DNA of 64,000 bases from Trichodelitschia bisporula (Eukaryota), in NCBI GenBank assembly GCA_010356995.1, contig ML996689.1, positions 169,873-233,872 of the forward strand, given 5' to 3'. Positions 38,742 through 51,304 of the stretch are shown in pieces (within the stretch, counting starts at the first letter, position 1; the number at the start of each line of letters is the position of its first letter). The notes beneath the pieces were generated by a model that was given only the letters and a program-made list of their open reading frames with translations, was not told where the DNA came from and searched no databases. The translations under genes and the position numbers were made by a program.

Positions 38742-38778
<37 letters not shown>
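38742..38778. repeat. (CA)~18 microsatellite
   Basis: Directly visible. Confidence 0.95.
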
Positions 38779-38782
<4 letters not shown>

Positions 38783-39298
38783 GCGCGCGCACACACACGG
38801 TGAAGGAGTCGCCAGAGAGCAGTGGAGATGCTGGTCCTTCGCTCGCTCGCACTTTCCCTCAACAAAACGACAATACGACAATACGCAGGTGGAAATAGTG
38901 CAGGAGCAACCAGACACAGAAGGACCGAAGCAAGAAGCAAGAAGCAGGCAAGGCAAGAGCTATCCAACCATCCCTCGTTTCGTCTCATCTCATCCACTCT
39001 CCCCACCCTCCACTACACTCTCAAGCTCGCCTTCCCCACTCCCACCAGACAAGGTCCATAAAAGAGACCTTGACGGGCCCCACTTTCCACTTTTATTCTC
39101 CCGGTCCCCCACCCGTCCACCACCACAGCTTCCTTTCCTCCAAACTCTTTCCTCACCTCTCTCAAATCTTCCTCACCTTCTATCTCACAAGCGCCAGCAG
39201 ATACCTCATAGCTCACAAACCTCTCCCGCGACCATCAATGTAGGGTCCCGCCTCTCCCTTACCACCTCCACCCAAAGACTGACACCCCCGCCAGCACA

Positions 39299-39985
39299 AT
39301 GGGCGTCGAAAAGATCACAATCAGCCCCGGCAACGGCGTCGACTTCCCTAAGCAGGGCGACAACGTCACCATGGAGTACACCGGCTACTTGTACGACCCG
39401 GCCGCGGCCGCCAACGACTTCAAGGGCAAACAGTAAGCTCGCTCCCGTGCCATGTTCGCCTTTGTTCCCTCGGCAAACACCTGACGTCATAGGTTCGACA
39501 CCTCCGTTGGCCGTGGCGACTTCCAGACCCGTATTGGCACCGGCCAGGTCATCAAAGGTGAGCTTCCCCGTCCCATGGAGCTATCTTGAGCTTCGTTGCT
39601 AATTTAATGGTACCAGGCTGGGACGAGGGCATCCTCGGCACTACGTCGGGCCAGCCCATGTCGTTGGGTGAGAAGGCTCGGCTGAACATCACGAGGTAGG
39701 TGTGCGTCCGTCTCCCGTTATGCCAGCTAATCGCCACAGCGACTTCGCGTACGGCAATCGGTAAGCCAATACTGACAGCGCATAATCATGCGGTAACTAA
39801 ACTTTTAGGGGATTCCCCGGCCTCATTCCGCCCGGCTCGGTAAGTAGTCCATTCCTATTGCAGGCTGATTATGAGTACTGACAATTGCAGACACTGGTCT
39901 TGTGAGTGGAGTACACAATGCCGGGGTCCGGCTGCTAACCCCCTCCAGTGACGTTACACTCAAGGGTATCAACGGCAAACGCTAA
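39299..39985 (+). CDS. FPR1: FK506-binding protein FKBP12-type PPIase, 7 coding exons
   Basis: MGVEKITISPGNGVDFPKQGDNVTMEYTG...KQ|FDTSVGRGDFQTRIGTGQVIK|GWDEGI...SLGEKARLNITS|DFAYGNR|GFPGLIPPGS|TLVF|DVTLKGINGKR*. Confidence 0.92.
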
Positions 39986-42900
39986 ATTCTTTCCCTCCAG
40001 AGGGGGTCCCAGGCGTCATCTCAACACACTCAGCTCAGCTGACGTCTTACTGCTGCCATTTCGCAATGTTCAACATGAGCACGATAGCTTGAGCTAGCAT
40101 CCAGCATCCAGTCCTGACACCCGGCTGCTAGGCCTGGGATCAGGACTGCGCATACATTGGAGTACTGGAGGACTGTAAAAGTGCTTACAGGCATTTTCTC
40201 TTTGGAAGGTTTACACAAAAGGGGGTCATCGCGACGGAGCGCGAAAGCGTGGGCTGTCGCGGTGGATAGCTTTGTGCCAGCGTATGAAGCCAATACCACG
40301 GGACTTCCAATTGTAAACGCCGTGACGGACACGGCCACATGTACCACGTACGCGCCCGTAGAGCCTCCCTGGCAACCACTCACCCGCCCGCCATGAAGCA
40401 TCAGGACCCAAAACCCCCACCCCCCCGCTCACACCTGACGTCCCAATTAGCTTTTGGCCCGCGGCCGCACATCGCACCTAGCATCAATGCCCGAACTGGA
40501 CACGCTGATCACCCCGCCCCCCTCCCCAGTCTGTAAGCATGATCCGGGTTGGTCTAGCCGACGCGCCCGGTGGCCCTTCTCCCATGCCCGGGGCCTAGGC
40601 CTTGCTGCCCCGCTGCCGGCTGCCGATCAGGGCCCGGCGGACGTTGTGCTCATGCGCGACAGGCCGGAGGGCGGGTGGCTGGCGTTGCGGTGCGATGCGT
40701 TGTGCTGGTGGAGGGGGTGTGTGGCCCTCATGGGCATGGTTTCGGGATGGGATAAGCGGGTATCTAAAGCCTGGCACTGGGCATGGGAGGGGGAATCTAA
40801 AGCCTGGCACTGCCCAGGGAGGGGGGAGAGCTGGATGATGGCTGGGGGTCGAAGGCGGGGTTGGAAGATGAAGGTATGTACTTCAGCGGCATGGAGTTGA
40901 GGGCAAACGCGGCAGCAGCAGCACCCGGCCCTTCCTCGCCGCCGCCGACATATCCCGTCCTTGCCCCGGCTGCTCGGGCTCGAACACACCCCACACGGCA
41001 ACACAGCGCGCGGCCTCAGCCCACACGCGCAGCCCAGTCCGGACCGAACCATCTAGAACACCGCGCGGCGCGGCGCGGTGCAGTGCACAAACCACCGCAT
41101 TCGCATGCGCGCACTCGCTAAGCCGTTTCCGCGGCAGCGAGGTGCGCGCGCCAACGTTACACGGCGTCATGCGGGTGGGGGCGGGGGATGGGTGACGTCA
41201 GCGGAATCGGGGGGTTGGGCGGGAGGGCGGGGGAGGGGTGCGGATATGCCGGGTAAAGACGATGGGGGTGAGGTTCGGCGGTTCGAATGGCTCGGCGATG
41301 CGTGTGGTTCGCCTCGGGGGGGTGGGCCCGAGTCGGCGGCCGAGGGGTGGCGTGCGGGCCGGGGCGTGGGGTGCGGGTCCGAGGGGGTGCTGTGCCCGGA
41401 TTAGTGTCGGCGAGTGGATCTTGTGCCACGAAACGCGTGTCAGAGGGGGCTGGTCAGAGTAGCACGTTGTTCGAGAGGTTGGGGGGATGGGTGGCACGTC
41501 TTCGGGAACGGGCATGGATGTCGTTCGCATTGACGTCGAAAATGGAAAATGGCGAACGCTGCGAGGTCCCGTCCGGCATCCAGAGGCATAGAAAATGCGT
41601 CGGTCTAGACCTGGCACTGCGTTGGTCGTTCAGCGCTTGAACGGAACCCGAAGAGATGCTGCGGTGATCAACCTGAGGGTGGCGAATATTCAGCCTTTGG
41701 GGACGAATGGGGGCAGGCTTTGGTATGGAAACGGTTCCGGGGTGATCGATTGGATATGTCCATAATCTATGTCCAATGATGGACCAGCGCAGGATTTCAC
41801 AACACGCCTGCAAGCCGGGATGCCAACCTGGCTTGCCACACGTTAGCCGAATCCAGATAAGATATAGCAGGGAACTCACGCTGCGACCTTCCGCATCTTT
41901 CTCGTTACCACGTTAATGCCCGATGCTGTGATTGAAAGGGGATTGCTCGACAGCAGCGCTTGCGGATATGGGCAAAAGCCATCGGTGCGCTGGCTCAGTC
42001 AAATGCTGGTTTATCGAAGGGCAGGATTCTACAATTCCGGGTTCCGACAGCGATATCTCCAGCGCGAGGTAGAGGGACGAATCTAGACACGAACTCTGTC
42101 ACCCCGACCGGTTCACGTTGCAAGCTGGGGAGAATGGCTTTTCGGAGCTGTGGTTCAGCGACTTCTATTGCGGGTCCAGCATGGGACACTGGATGGCTTC
42201 ATGATGAACGAGGGCTAAAGATGGAGTAGCAGAATCGTAAAGGCCGAGCCGGGATCTATGATCTGGTGGACATGAATTCCTTTGCCGTAATAAAGATTGG
42301 AAAGAATGTTCCAGGCGTGAAGACGTCGAAGATCCGAAATCGCGGCTCCGTCTTTCAAGATAGAACCTCACCCCGCATTAGCGGTAGCCGATATAGACAG
42401 CAAGCAAAGGATCAAAGAGGTAGGGGAATTCCTTTAAGGGCCAAACTGCAAGAGGAGGAATTCCTTTCGAAGGATTCGGAATGTTCGGTTACGATGTAGA
42501 GTCCTGCCAGCACACCCAGAAGACAAGGCCAGGAGAGGCTGCTTTTGGTCGCTAATAGTGCGGCGTCGCTCGAAACAAGATTGTTACGTTGTAGGAGGAT
42601 TACTACGTTGTAGTAACCGGGCACAACTGGCGAAGGAACACTTAGCTCAAGAACTGTCGTCGTCAGACGGGCGACCATCTCTCGTGAAATCGGTGCCTTA
42701 CATGCCTACATCCGGGCCTGAGGCAGGATTCCAAATTTATCAACACTCCCGACGGCCGGCAAGTCGGTGAGGCCCGAGTCCCCGGTCAAGGGCGGCCGAC
42801 ATGTGTTCGGGTTTCACGAGCTTCTTTGTGCTCCCAATCCGCGCCTCAACCACGGCGAGGACAGCATGCTTTGATGCTGTCAAAAGAAGTCTTTGTTTGT

Positions 42901-44519
42901 CGCAAGGTGCCATCCTTTCATGCCGTAGCCAGCCAGTCAGACACGTCAGCCGCTGGCGTGCGCGGCCGCGTTGTCTCGCGGGAGGCTGTGAGGGCGCCAC
43001 CGCCCGCGGCGGGCGCAGCCAATGGCCCCGTGCGTCGGCCGCTCATTGCAGCTTGTTTTTCCGGCTGTGGCTGTTACGGTAGCGCTCGCCGGTGGCCGTG
43101 TTTCTGAATCGCATGCAGGCACAACAGGCGCGGACTCGGGCAATGCAAGCAGCATCCGCATCAGCACATCTGCGGGCAGGAAACAGCTCGAAACAAAGGC
43201 CGCGTTTCGGCGATGCGAGTGCCCACATTCCGACCTGTTTCCCCCAATGTCCATGCGTGTCGATGTGGCAGGCGATTGGGGGTTGCACATCGCATCGCAG
43301 GAAATGAGGCCCGGCGCCTCGCGCAGTACGGGACAGCCTCTCCGCGCTCGTCGAGCGTCACTGCCAGCCTCTGCACGGTGCGGCGCCGGGGCTTCAATGC
43401 GGCTCAGATCTGGCATGCGATGGCGGGCGAATTGCTTGGACTTGGCGATATGCGGTGCCCGACACTATATACCACTAGATACTCGGCTCGCCATGGGAAC
43501 AACAGACAGCTGATCGAGGGCTGGCAGAGACGGATGCAGGACGATGGTTGACATCCCTTCCCCGCAGCATGACAACGGACGCTGCTGGCGTCGGAAAGGG
43601 AGAAACGGGCGTGGCGCGCGAGAAGAGTGGATCCTCACTTAACGATTAACTTCCGGCGTTGCGACGGACTGTTGTGGAGTGGAGACTCTGAAGTCAGTGC
43701 ACAGTACGGGGGCGGGATATTCGGCAAGTGGTGGGCGTAAGCGCAGGAAGGAAGCAAAGAGAGTGGGGAGCCGTTTTGTGAGGGAAGACTTGATAAGGAG
43801 AATGCTCCGAATAATGTCGACGTTGAAATTATGTTCTGTCTGTTAAACACTTTCAATGAACAAAACAGACTGTTTCTCGATGGGATTATTCGATGTGATG
43901 GATCAAATGAAATGATTTTAGCATCATGATCTACGAAACGAAAGCACGACAAACACGAGAGGATCAACCCGCTGTTTCCCTCATTTCGACTCCATCCAAA
44001 GCCTCTTGGCGCAATCCCCCTGGGCAGGCACCGAATCCCTCTAGCTCTGTGGTTCCTGCTTCTCTTGGCCGCGCGTTATCCCGCCTTTGGCTAGAGTGCA
44101 GGGACCACCCAACGGACCCTGACCCTGGTCATGGCGGTCCGTTTCAACGACGGACGTGAGTTGTGCCTTTGTCCCATTGGCCATTGTCCTCGAAATGGCG
44201 TCTTTTGGGAAGCGCCATGGGTTGTTCGACGCTTGCTTTGCTCCTTTTTCTCCTCTCACCCTACATAAGCCCGTGGGCCCCAGTCCCACTCCCCTTTCGG
44301 TCTCTCTCTTGATTCTACCATATCTATCTTTCTGGGTTTTTGCATCTTCACGGCTCTCTTGCCATACACGCTCCTTTGCTTACTACAAGCGTCCACTCCT
44401 TCAGAGCAATCACCAGAAACGAATATCATCAACTGCTAGATCAGCTTCAGACTCATCTCCACCCCCTTTCCAACAACAAATCAACCAGAAGTCACAACTC
44501 CAACACATCCATCATCACA

Positions 44520-45239
44520 ATGCGCGCTTCAATCATCTCCGCCGTCGTCGGCCTTGCCGTCACCTCCGTCTCTGCCAACACTGCCACCATCAACAACCTG
44601 TGCTCCTTCCCCGTCTACATGTGGGCCGTCGATGTCGACCGTGTCCCGGGCTCGCCCACCGTCATCCAGCCCGGAGGCAGCTACAGCGAGCCGTACCACA
44701 AGCCCAAGACCGGCGGTGTCTCGCTCAAGCTCTCCAAGACCAAGGACTGCGTCAAGATCACCCAGTTCGAGTACACGCAACAGTCGTACGGCCAGGACTT
44801 CATCTGGTATGACGGTTCGAATGTCGACTGCACGGGCACCGACTGCCCCTTCCAGCCCTATGGCATCTACATGTACACCAGCAAGGACAGCTGCCCGACG
44901 CGCACGTGCACTCCTGGTGCGCCGCAGTGCGACGGGTTCTACACTCTCTGGAACGACGACATCAACTCCCTCGCCTGCGACGCTACGGCTGACATCTTCA
45001 TGAACCTGTGCGCCACGGGTCCCGGCGGCAAGGCTGCCCCCGCCGCCTCTGTTGCTGCTCCCGCCGCCTATGCTGCTCCCGCCGCCAGCTCGGCGGCTGC
45101 GTCTGCCGCGTCCAGCGCGCCTGCCTCCTACGCCGCGTCGGCCAAGGTCGTCAACGAGGCGCCCACAACGACGCTGGTCAAGGTCGTCGTCCAGCCGAAG
45201 CACTCGCACTACGCCCACCGCCGTCACGCCCACATCTAA
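44520..45239 (+). CDS. Secreted Bys1/thaumatin-like protein with an Ala/Pro/Ser tail
   Basis: Signal peptide MRASIISAVVGLAVTSVSA, then N.C.FPVY.W, GGVSLKLS, ITQFEYT, IWYDGSNVDC and a Cys-rich end; strong C-ending codon bias. Confidence 0.85.
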   Translation: MRASIISAVVGLAVTSVSANTATINNLCSFPVYMWAVDVDRVPGSPTVIQPGGSYSEPYHKPKTGGVSLKLSKTKDCVKITQFEYTQQSYGQDFIWYDGSNVDCTGTDCPFQPYGIYMYTSKDSCPTRTCTPGAPQCDGFYTLWNDDINSLACDATADIFMNLCATGPGGKAAPAASVAAPAAYAAPAASSAAASAASSAPASYAASAKVVNEAPTTTLVKVVVQPKHSHYAHRRHAHI

Positions 45240-48200
45240 GCGTTTGGTCAATAGTGTTGCTTTTCACTTCTTGGATACCAGATCTTCTTGGGTGGGGCAT
45301 CGCATCGGGCACCGTTTCTCTTCGCGTTCTATATTTCTCGCTTTTGGCCCCTCTGCTTGGACGGACGTGTGTGGCCTGTTGAAAATTCCGGCTGGGCCTG
45401 AGCGGGCACGGGGGGAGTTTGGATGCGGAACCTGGTGTTCACTGCTTCGTTGGTTTTGAAGGGGACGGGCAGCAGGGTTCTTCTTCAACGTGCGTGCGGA
45501 GCCTGCGAACGAACGGCATCAGCGGCATTCATCAGACACACAATGGCAAGGGCTTTGGCGGTTGTTGCTGCTTTGATTCCTTTTAATGCCTGTTAACGAA
45601 CGTGATGACGGGCCTCCTTTTTGCAGCGGGGCTGGGGGCATTGATTGTGTTTGGTGCTGGATGGCGGCCGCCTTGGCTTGGTGTCTCGATGCGTTGCGGT
45701 TTGGTGGTTTGTAGCTCAATTTACTCTCGTCGAAAAGATGCTCTGTGAGACTCGATGGCCGGTGAGATGCGTGTCGTGGGTGCGATTCCAGTGATTGGAC
45801 AGGCACATGGCCTGTCGGAGCCCGTGTGTGACGATCTCTAATCTTGGCCCTTGCTCGTGCCTGGCAGATCGACAGGGAACAGGCCAGCGGTGCAATCTCT
45901 GCCGGGCCAAGGGGCTGGCACGGAACCCTGACGACATAAAGCGTGGTCCGGTCGACGACAACAAGGCCGAGTCCACGGGCCGCATCATAGAACGTAACAT
46001 CTCCACCTCGACGCCCTAGACTTGTTCATCCTTTCAGTCTTTCATCATCGCCTCTCGCCACCCGCCGCCATCGCACAGCCGCCCCCACGTGACCGTCAGC
46101 CGCGCGACGCAGTCTCCACCCCTCCGTTTCACCACACCGTCAGCACAAATTTTCCCTGTCTGCGCGCATGCAGTGATAAGGATCAAGGAAAAGCTGACAT
46201 GCAGCCGCGGGTCGACATCGGACATCGGGTTGGGGGCGGCTCGTCCAAGCATCTTCGCCGCCAACCCGTCCCGCCGCCAGCCTGACGCTTTGTCCAGCGT
46301 CCAGCCCTGCCAGCCTTGTAAGGTACCGTACCCGCCGTCAGGGCGGACGGCATGGCAGGCGGGCGGGTCGGCTGTGGGGTGACCTGACTGTGCCGCAGCA
46401 TTTTCGCTCCTACCGACTGATTCCGACAGGGCCCCGCGATGGGGGCTATCCTGCATCCTCGCGTAGATCACACACGAGGTGAGCCGTGCTACGCTGTGCC
46501 TCGCGCTGCAGGCACCGGGGCGAATGGGTTGGTAGACGTGCCTGCGTCTGCATCTGCGGTGCGCGGGGACGTGGGGGATGAGAGCTGGCAAGCGAGCTGA
46601 GCATGTGGCGATGGCACGAGGAGGAGGGGTAACAGAGCCGTCGCTATTTCCAAGCCATGTTGTGCGGCGGGCCGGGTGCACTGAGTCTGCGTTCCGCCCG
46701 CTTGTTACTGCGCACTGGATACATTTGCGGTGCGACGGTCGGACGGGGCGAGGTTACACGGCCCGGGGCGGGGGCTCGGGTCGGATGGGGTCGTGCGACG
46801 AGAGGGCTATTTTTGGCGGGAGCTGGGGATGTGTTGTGCTTGATGCTGAGGGATGTTGCTGACCATTCGGCTGTTTCGGCTGCCTTGAGTGCATCGGTAT
46901 TGGGGTGGCTGGGTCGGGCCGAGAGGACGCTGACAGTCTCGTCGTTGCCCAAGGGAATTTCACCGGGTAACTTGGTGGGCCGGACTGCCGTAGCAGCTGG
47001 TTTCAGCTGATATTCAGTGGAGCGTAAGGCTGAGACCGACGAAGCGATCATGAAGCTGACTTGTTTCGATGCGAGTCACAGGCACAGGTCAGATGAGAGT
47101 CAGTGATAATGCTTCAGGTGCGGAGGGAGAATGCACCTCGGATGACTATGTCCTCTCATACCCATCTAGCAAATCCTGAGCCTCGTCACAACCACACGAC
47201 TGATTGAAGAGCGTGAAAAATAAACCTGAGAAATCAGCCGATGATGGGAGCACGGCTCAGACACATGCAGTGGCAACGGGTACGGAGTGAATGTGTCGAT
47301 AGAAGACAAAGAACAAAAGAGAGAGGAGAGTCGCAGAGCCGCTCATATCTGAATACATGTGTTGTCTTGTCCTCCAGGGCTTCTTCCCTTACTTCCTCAG
47401 CTACTTCCCCGGTTAAGGATACTTCCTTACCAGAGAACGGCCGCCCCTTCCAAGGGCATGGCCGCTCTTTCCCTGTGACTACATCAGCCGATGGGCTAGA
47501 AGAAGAAGAAGTGACTCGCGTCCTCTACTCCATAACTAGATGCTCACGCATCCAAATCAGTGAAGAGGCTGAGCCTCATTCAACCTCACGATCACCTCCA
47601 GGCCTGCTTATCCTTTACCCCTCGAGAACTAGCCGTGCCATACCGCCTCGGAACACTATCGACGCATCTTTTCCAACATGGTGGATGAGCTTGACCTCCG
47701 GTATGCTCGATGGTAGAGTACAGTACGAATTGAGCCTTAGTATCCACTGCCAGCTGACCCAAACACTCCACAATGTCTGGTTCAACACTCAACTCTAAGA
47801 GAACAAACAAATTACTACTAAATTGAAGCCGTGATACGTTCCCCAGTTAAAGCTAGCATCAGAGGTCTCTCGCGGAAGGCATACGGCATCCGTCATGTGC
47901 TTGACGCGGAACGCGCCGGGCTTCTGAATGCTCCAAGGTAGCGGAAGTCAGACTCGGAGCAAATGAAGCTGTCGCAACAACCGTAGGAGTGACAGCGGCT
48001 GTAAGTGTGTATGCTGTTTCAATATATGGGGCCCCGGCATGTTGTTTCAATTCTCGTTGTGTACCAGCTACGGTACTGTACAGTAGCATGAGTAGATCCA
48101 GATCCCTCTCCGTGCACCATCGGAGACTGCTACGCCATCTGGGTCACCATCAGTAACGGTGTACATATACTCGGATGCGGAAACCACCGCGATGAGATAC

Positions 48201-48318
48201 TCCCAAAAGCTGTGTTGTGTTCACCTCCGGTGCGGTGGGGGGTTTGAGCAGCCCGTTCGATACGACAGCCACGATGATCGTCAAGCTGAACATTTTCAAC
48301 TTTTGTGTACTAACAAGC

Positions 48319-48436
48319 ACATACGGCCATAGGTCGCTGAGAACACCAGTCCCAGTCTGCTCACTGAAGTTAAACAGCGAACCGGTTGATTAGTAGTTGC
48401 GTGGGTGACCAGCAGCGAATCCCAACTGCTGTATGT
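48319..48436 (+). rRNA. 5S rRNA gene (dispersed copy)
   Basis: ACATACGGCCATAGG...TAGTAGTTGCGTGGGTGACCAGCAGCGAATCCCAACTGCTGTATGT, 118 nt. The expected helices pair and a T-run Pol III terminator follows. Confidence 0.93.
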
Positions 48437-48641
48437 TTTTGATTTTCTTTTTTACTTTTCCTTGTGGTGTGCTGATACGAGCCGGGCCGGGAAGGAATAG
48501 ACACCGGGAGTATATCCATGAACGTGGTGCTTGAACGTGGGACCAGAAGGAGCACAGCCAGTGTATACTGTGGTAGGAGGTGCCTCGCGAGGCGATGACA
48601 CAACATAAAAACCTCATCATACCCCCATCCTACCCCCACCT

Positions 48642-50522
48642 CTACCCCCCACCCTCCTGCGACAACTCCCCTAAAAAAGCCTCCGCCTTGCTCACGCCAA
48701 ACTCATCCCTCACAACCCTCATCACCGCCTTCATCCACTCCAGCCTCGCCGCCCCCTTCCCATCCATCTCCAGCCCCTCGATCCCATCCTCCTTCATGCA
48801 CATCCCCGCGCACCACAGTGGCCAGATAGGCACATACCCACGCATACTAGGCATGTCGGCGACTTCGCGCGGCGCGTCCTGCCCGCGCAGGGGACTGACG
48901 AAGTGTGGCAGCGTCGCGGCGCAGATCGCGTCGACCAGCGTGCGCAGTCGCCGGCGCGTGCCCTGGCGCGCGATGAGGAGGGCTTGGGGGCTCATGGGGG
49001 ACATGGGGTAAAGGGCGGCCTGACTGCCTGCCGGCGGATCCCACGGCAGGGGTGAGAGGGGCGATCCGGACGTAGGCGGTGAATCGGGCGACGGCGACCC
49101 GGATGACAGTGACGCCAGCGAGGCCTGTGAGACGGGCGAGGTCGCGGACGTCACGTACGCGAGCTCGACGTCTAGTGCGCGCAGTAGAATCCGGTTTAAG
49201 AAAAGCCGCGCTGTGTCGAGGAAGTTCCACTTGAATGCCAGATCCATGTTCACGAAGCGGTGGACCTTCTCCGGGGCTCCTGGATGTTCTAGGAGCGGGC
49301 GCAGCCAGGCACCGCATTCCTCTGGGGAAACGGGTGTGGGCTCGTAGTGCCAGAAAAAGGCGGAGAAGGTGCCGAATAGGGCGTAGCGAGCGTCGACGGC
49401 GAGGGCAGAGGTGATGAGGGCGGAGAGCTTTGGGCTGTGAGCACCGGTCAGGGTGGGCTCCAGGGTGTGCCAATCTGCGCAGATTGTTGCGGCATGGTGA
49501 ATGAGTTCGAGGAAGATATGGGGTGGGGAATTAGGTTCGAGGAACAGAGAGCGAGTTTCGAGTGGTATTGAGGGGTGGCTTTTGTGGTTGAGCTTGTTTA
49601 CCAGCTGCCGAGGTTAGTCAGGACAGACTAACGGTAGCGACGTACCATTTCGAAGAAGACACTATGGAAGATTAAAGCCTGCGCCGGCTTTTCATAACTT
49701 TGTAGGAACTTGCTATGCAGCAATGCGGCGGCACCTTCGGCATGTGCGCCCCAGGAGCCGTTCGGGGTCATGTACGGCGCGGTGATCATCTGGCCTGACG
49801 TCAGAACGGTCGCAGGAAGCACTAAAACCTCACCTCGTATATCCCCAGCGTCGTGATAGCAATGAGCGTGTGGAGAGGCTGACGGTGATTGGGAGTACTC
49901 ATCGCCTGCGTCACTAACTTTAGGGCCTTGGTGTAGTATGCGATTCCCTTGAGCCTTCCCTCGGGTGATTTGCATCGTGCACCGAAATTCGCATACGCGG
50001 CCGCCAGCACGGACGTATGTAATGTCGAGCCGGCCGGAGCCTCCCAGAAGAAGGGGGCAATGTAGGAGTAGAAGCCGAAACCATTAGCCTCCTCAAGGAT
50101 GCAATAGTCATAGAAGAAACGATGGCAAGCCAGATCCGCGACGAGTGGCTGTATGGAGACACGACTGAGCGGCACAATCGCAGTGAAGGATACTCCGCTC
50201 CAGGCGCTTTGGGGACTGCTAACACTCCGTGGACTGCTGGCCTGCGAGCCGTCGAGCTCGCCGTCCTTTTTGGCGCGGCTTCGCCACTTCTGCTGAGCGC
50301 GATGCGCCGTGGCGGTGGTCTGGTTCCGCAGCACGAGCTCAAACCCATCGCGATAGATGCAGTTGTAACTGCCCTTGACGCAGCGCTGGCACGCGGGGGT
50401 GGCCTCATCACACTGGCGACGTTAGCGGTGACGACACTGTAAGGAAACGGCAGCCTGCTTGCCTTGACTTTGCTCGAGCGGCACTTGGAGCAGCCTTTGC
50501 TGGGGCGTCCGCGTCCCGACAT
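48642..50522 (-). CDS. Zn(II)2Cys6 transcription factor, multi-exon
   Basis: MSGRGRPSKGCSKCRSSKVK|CDEATPACQRCVKGSYNCIYRD...; a fungal TF middle region (YYTKALKLV...LGIYE, WGAHAEGAAALL). Internal exon boundaries are approximate. Confidence 0.88.
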
Positions 50523-51304
50523 GATGATGGCACTGGGGAGGCTAGGATATGTATGGCGACTGGGCCTGGACTTCAGGATACGGCATACGGCTTGTAGGAC
50601 TTGAATGTGGCTATCGCTTATGCATGGTAGTGCCCGCTCGTAAAGCGCCTGCGCCGTGCGGCTTCACGTGATATCCAGCGGGATGTTTGGACTTTATGAT
50701 GCCTTCCACGGGGATTAAAGGGAACTTAGAAGATCATAGGGCTTATCCGGAGCAGAGACTCGGTGGGAGAACGGTAGGCGGCCTTTGATAGCGTATCAAT
50801 CATTGTCTTCCATAGCGAAAACTAAGCAAAAATATATGAACAATAGAGTGCTGAAGATGAGTCCATTGGTGCTGACGCCGCAGTGTGATTTGACTGGGGT
50901 TCTGCTCGAATTCATTAGCCATCCAGAGTGCAGAAATTCGAGAGGCAGACGCTGCAGGGACGGAGATTTCCATCATCTGGTTGGCCGGGAGAGAGAAAGA
51001 TTGAAGAGCCTAAATGAACGAAACATGCGTGTTTGAAATTAGTAGATGGGTGCCCCACGTTTCTAGCCTTCTGTTTCTGGTGTAGTGAAGGTGAAGTTGT
51101 CGTCCCAGCTCTCCTCACTCCGTTCACCGTTAAGCACCGCCACAAGCCATCCTTCAATGCGCCACAAAGTATCACGTGCATACCGCATTCATGCCTTACC
51201 CCCCGTGCTCAGTCTCAGGCTCCAGCCATGTGAACAGCTTCCTCTAACATCATCTCCATCGTCGTCACCATCACCAAACATTTCCACCCTACCATACCGT
51301 CAAG

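Noticed and set aside
41600..42800. Protein-like fragments in lower-GC intergenic DNA (also at 5100-6900 and 21800-23480)
   Set aside because: Short and stop-interrupted with no recognisable family. They may be decayed genes but cannot be supported without a search.
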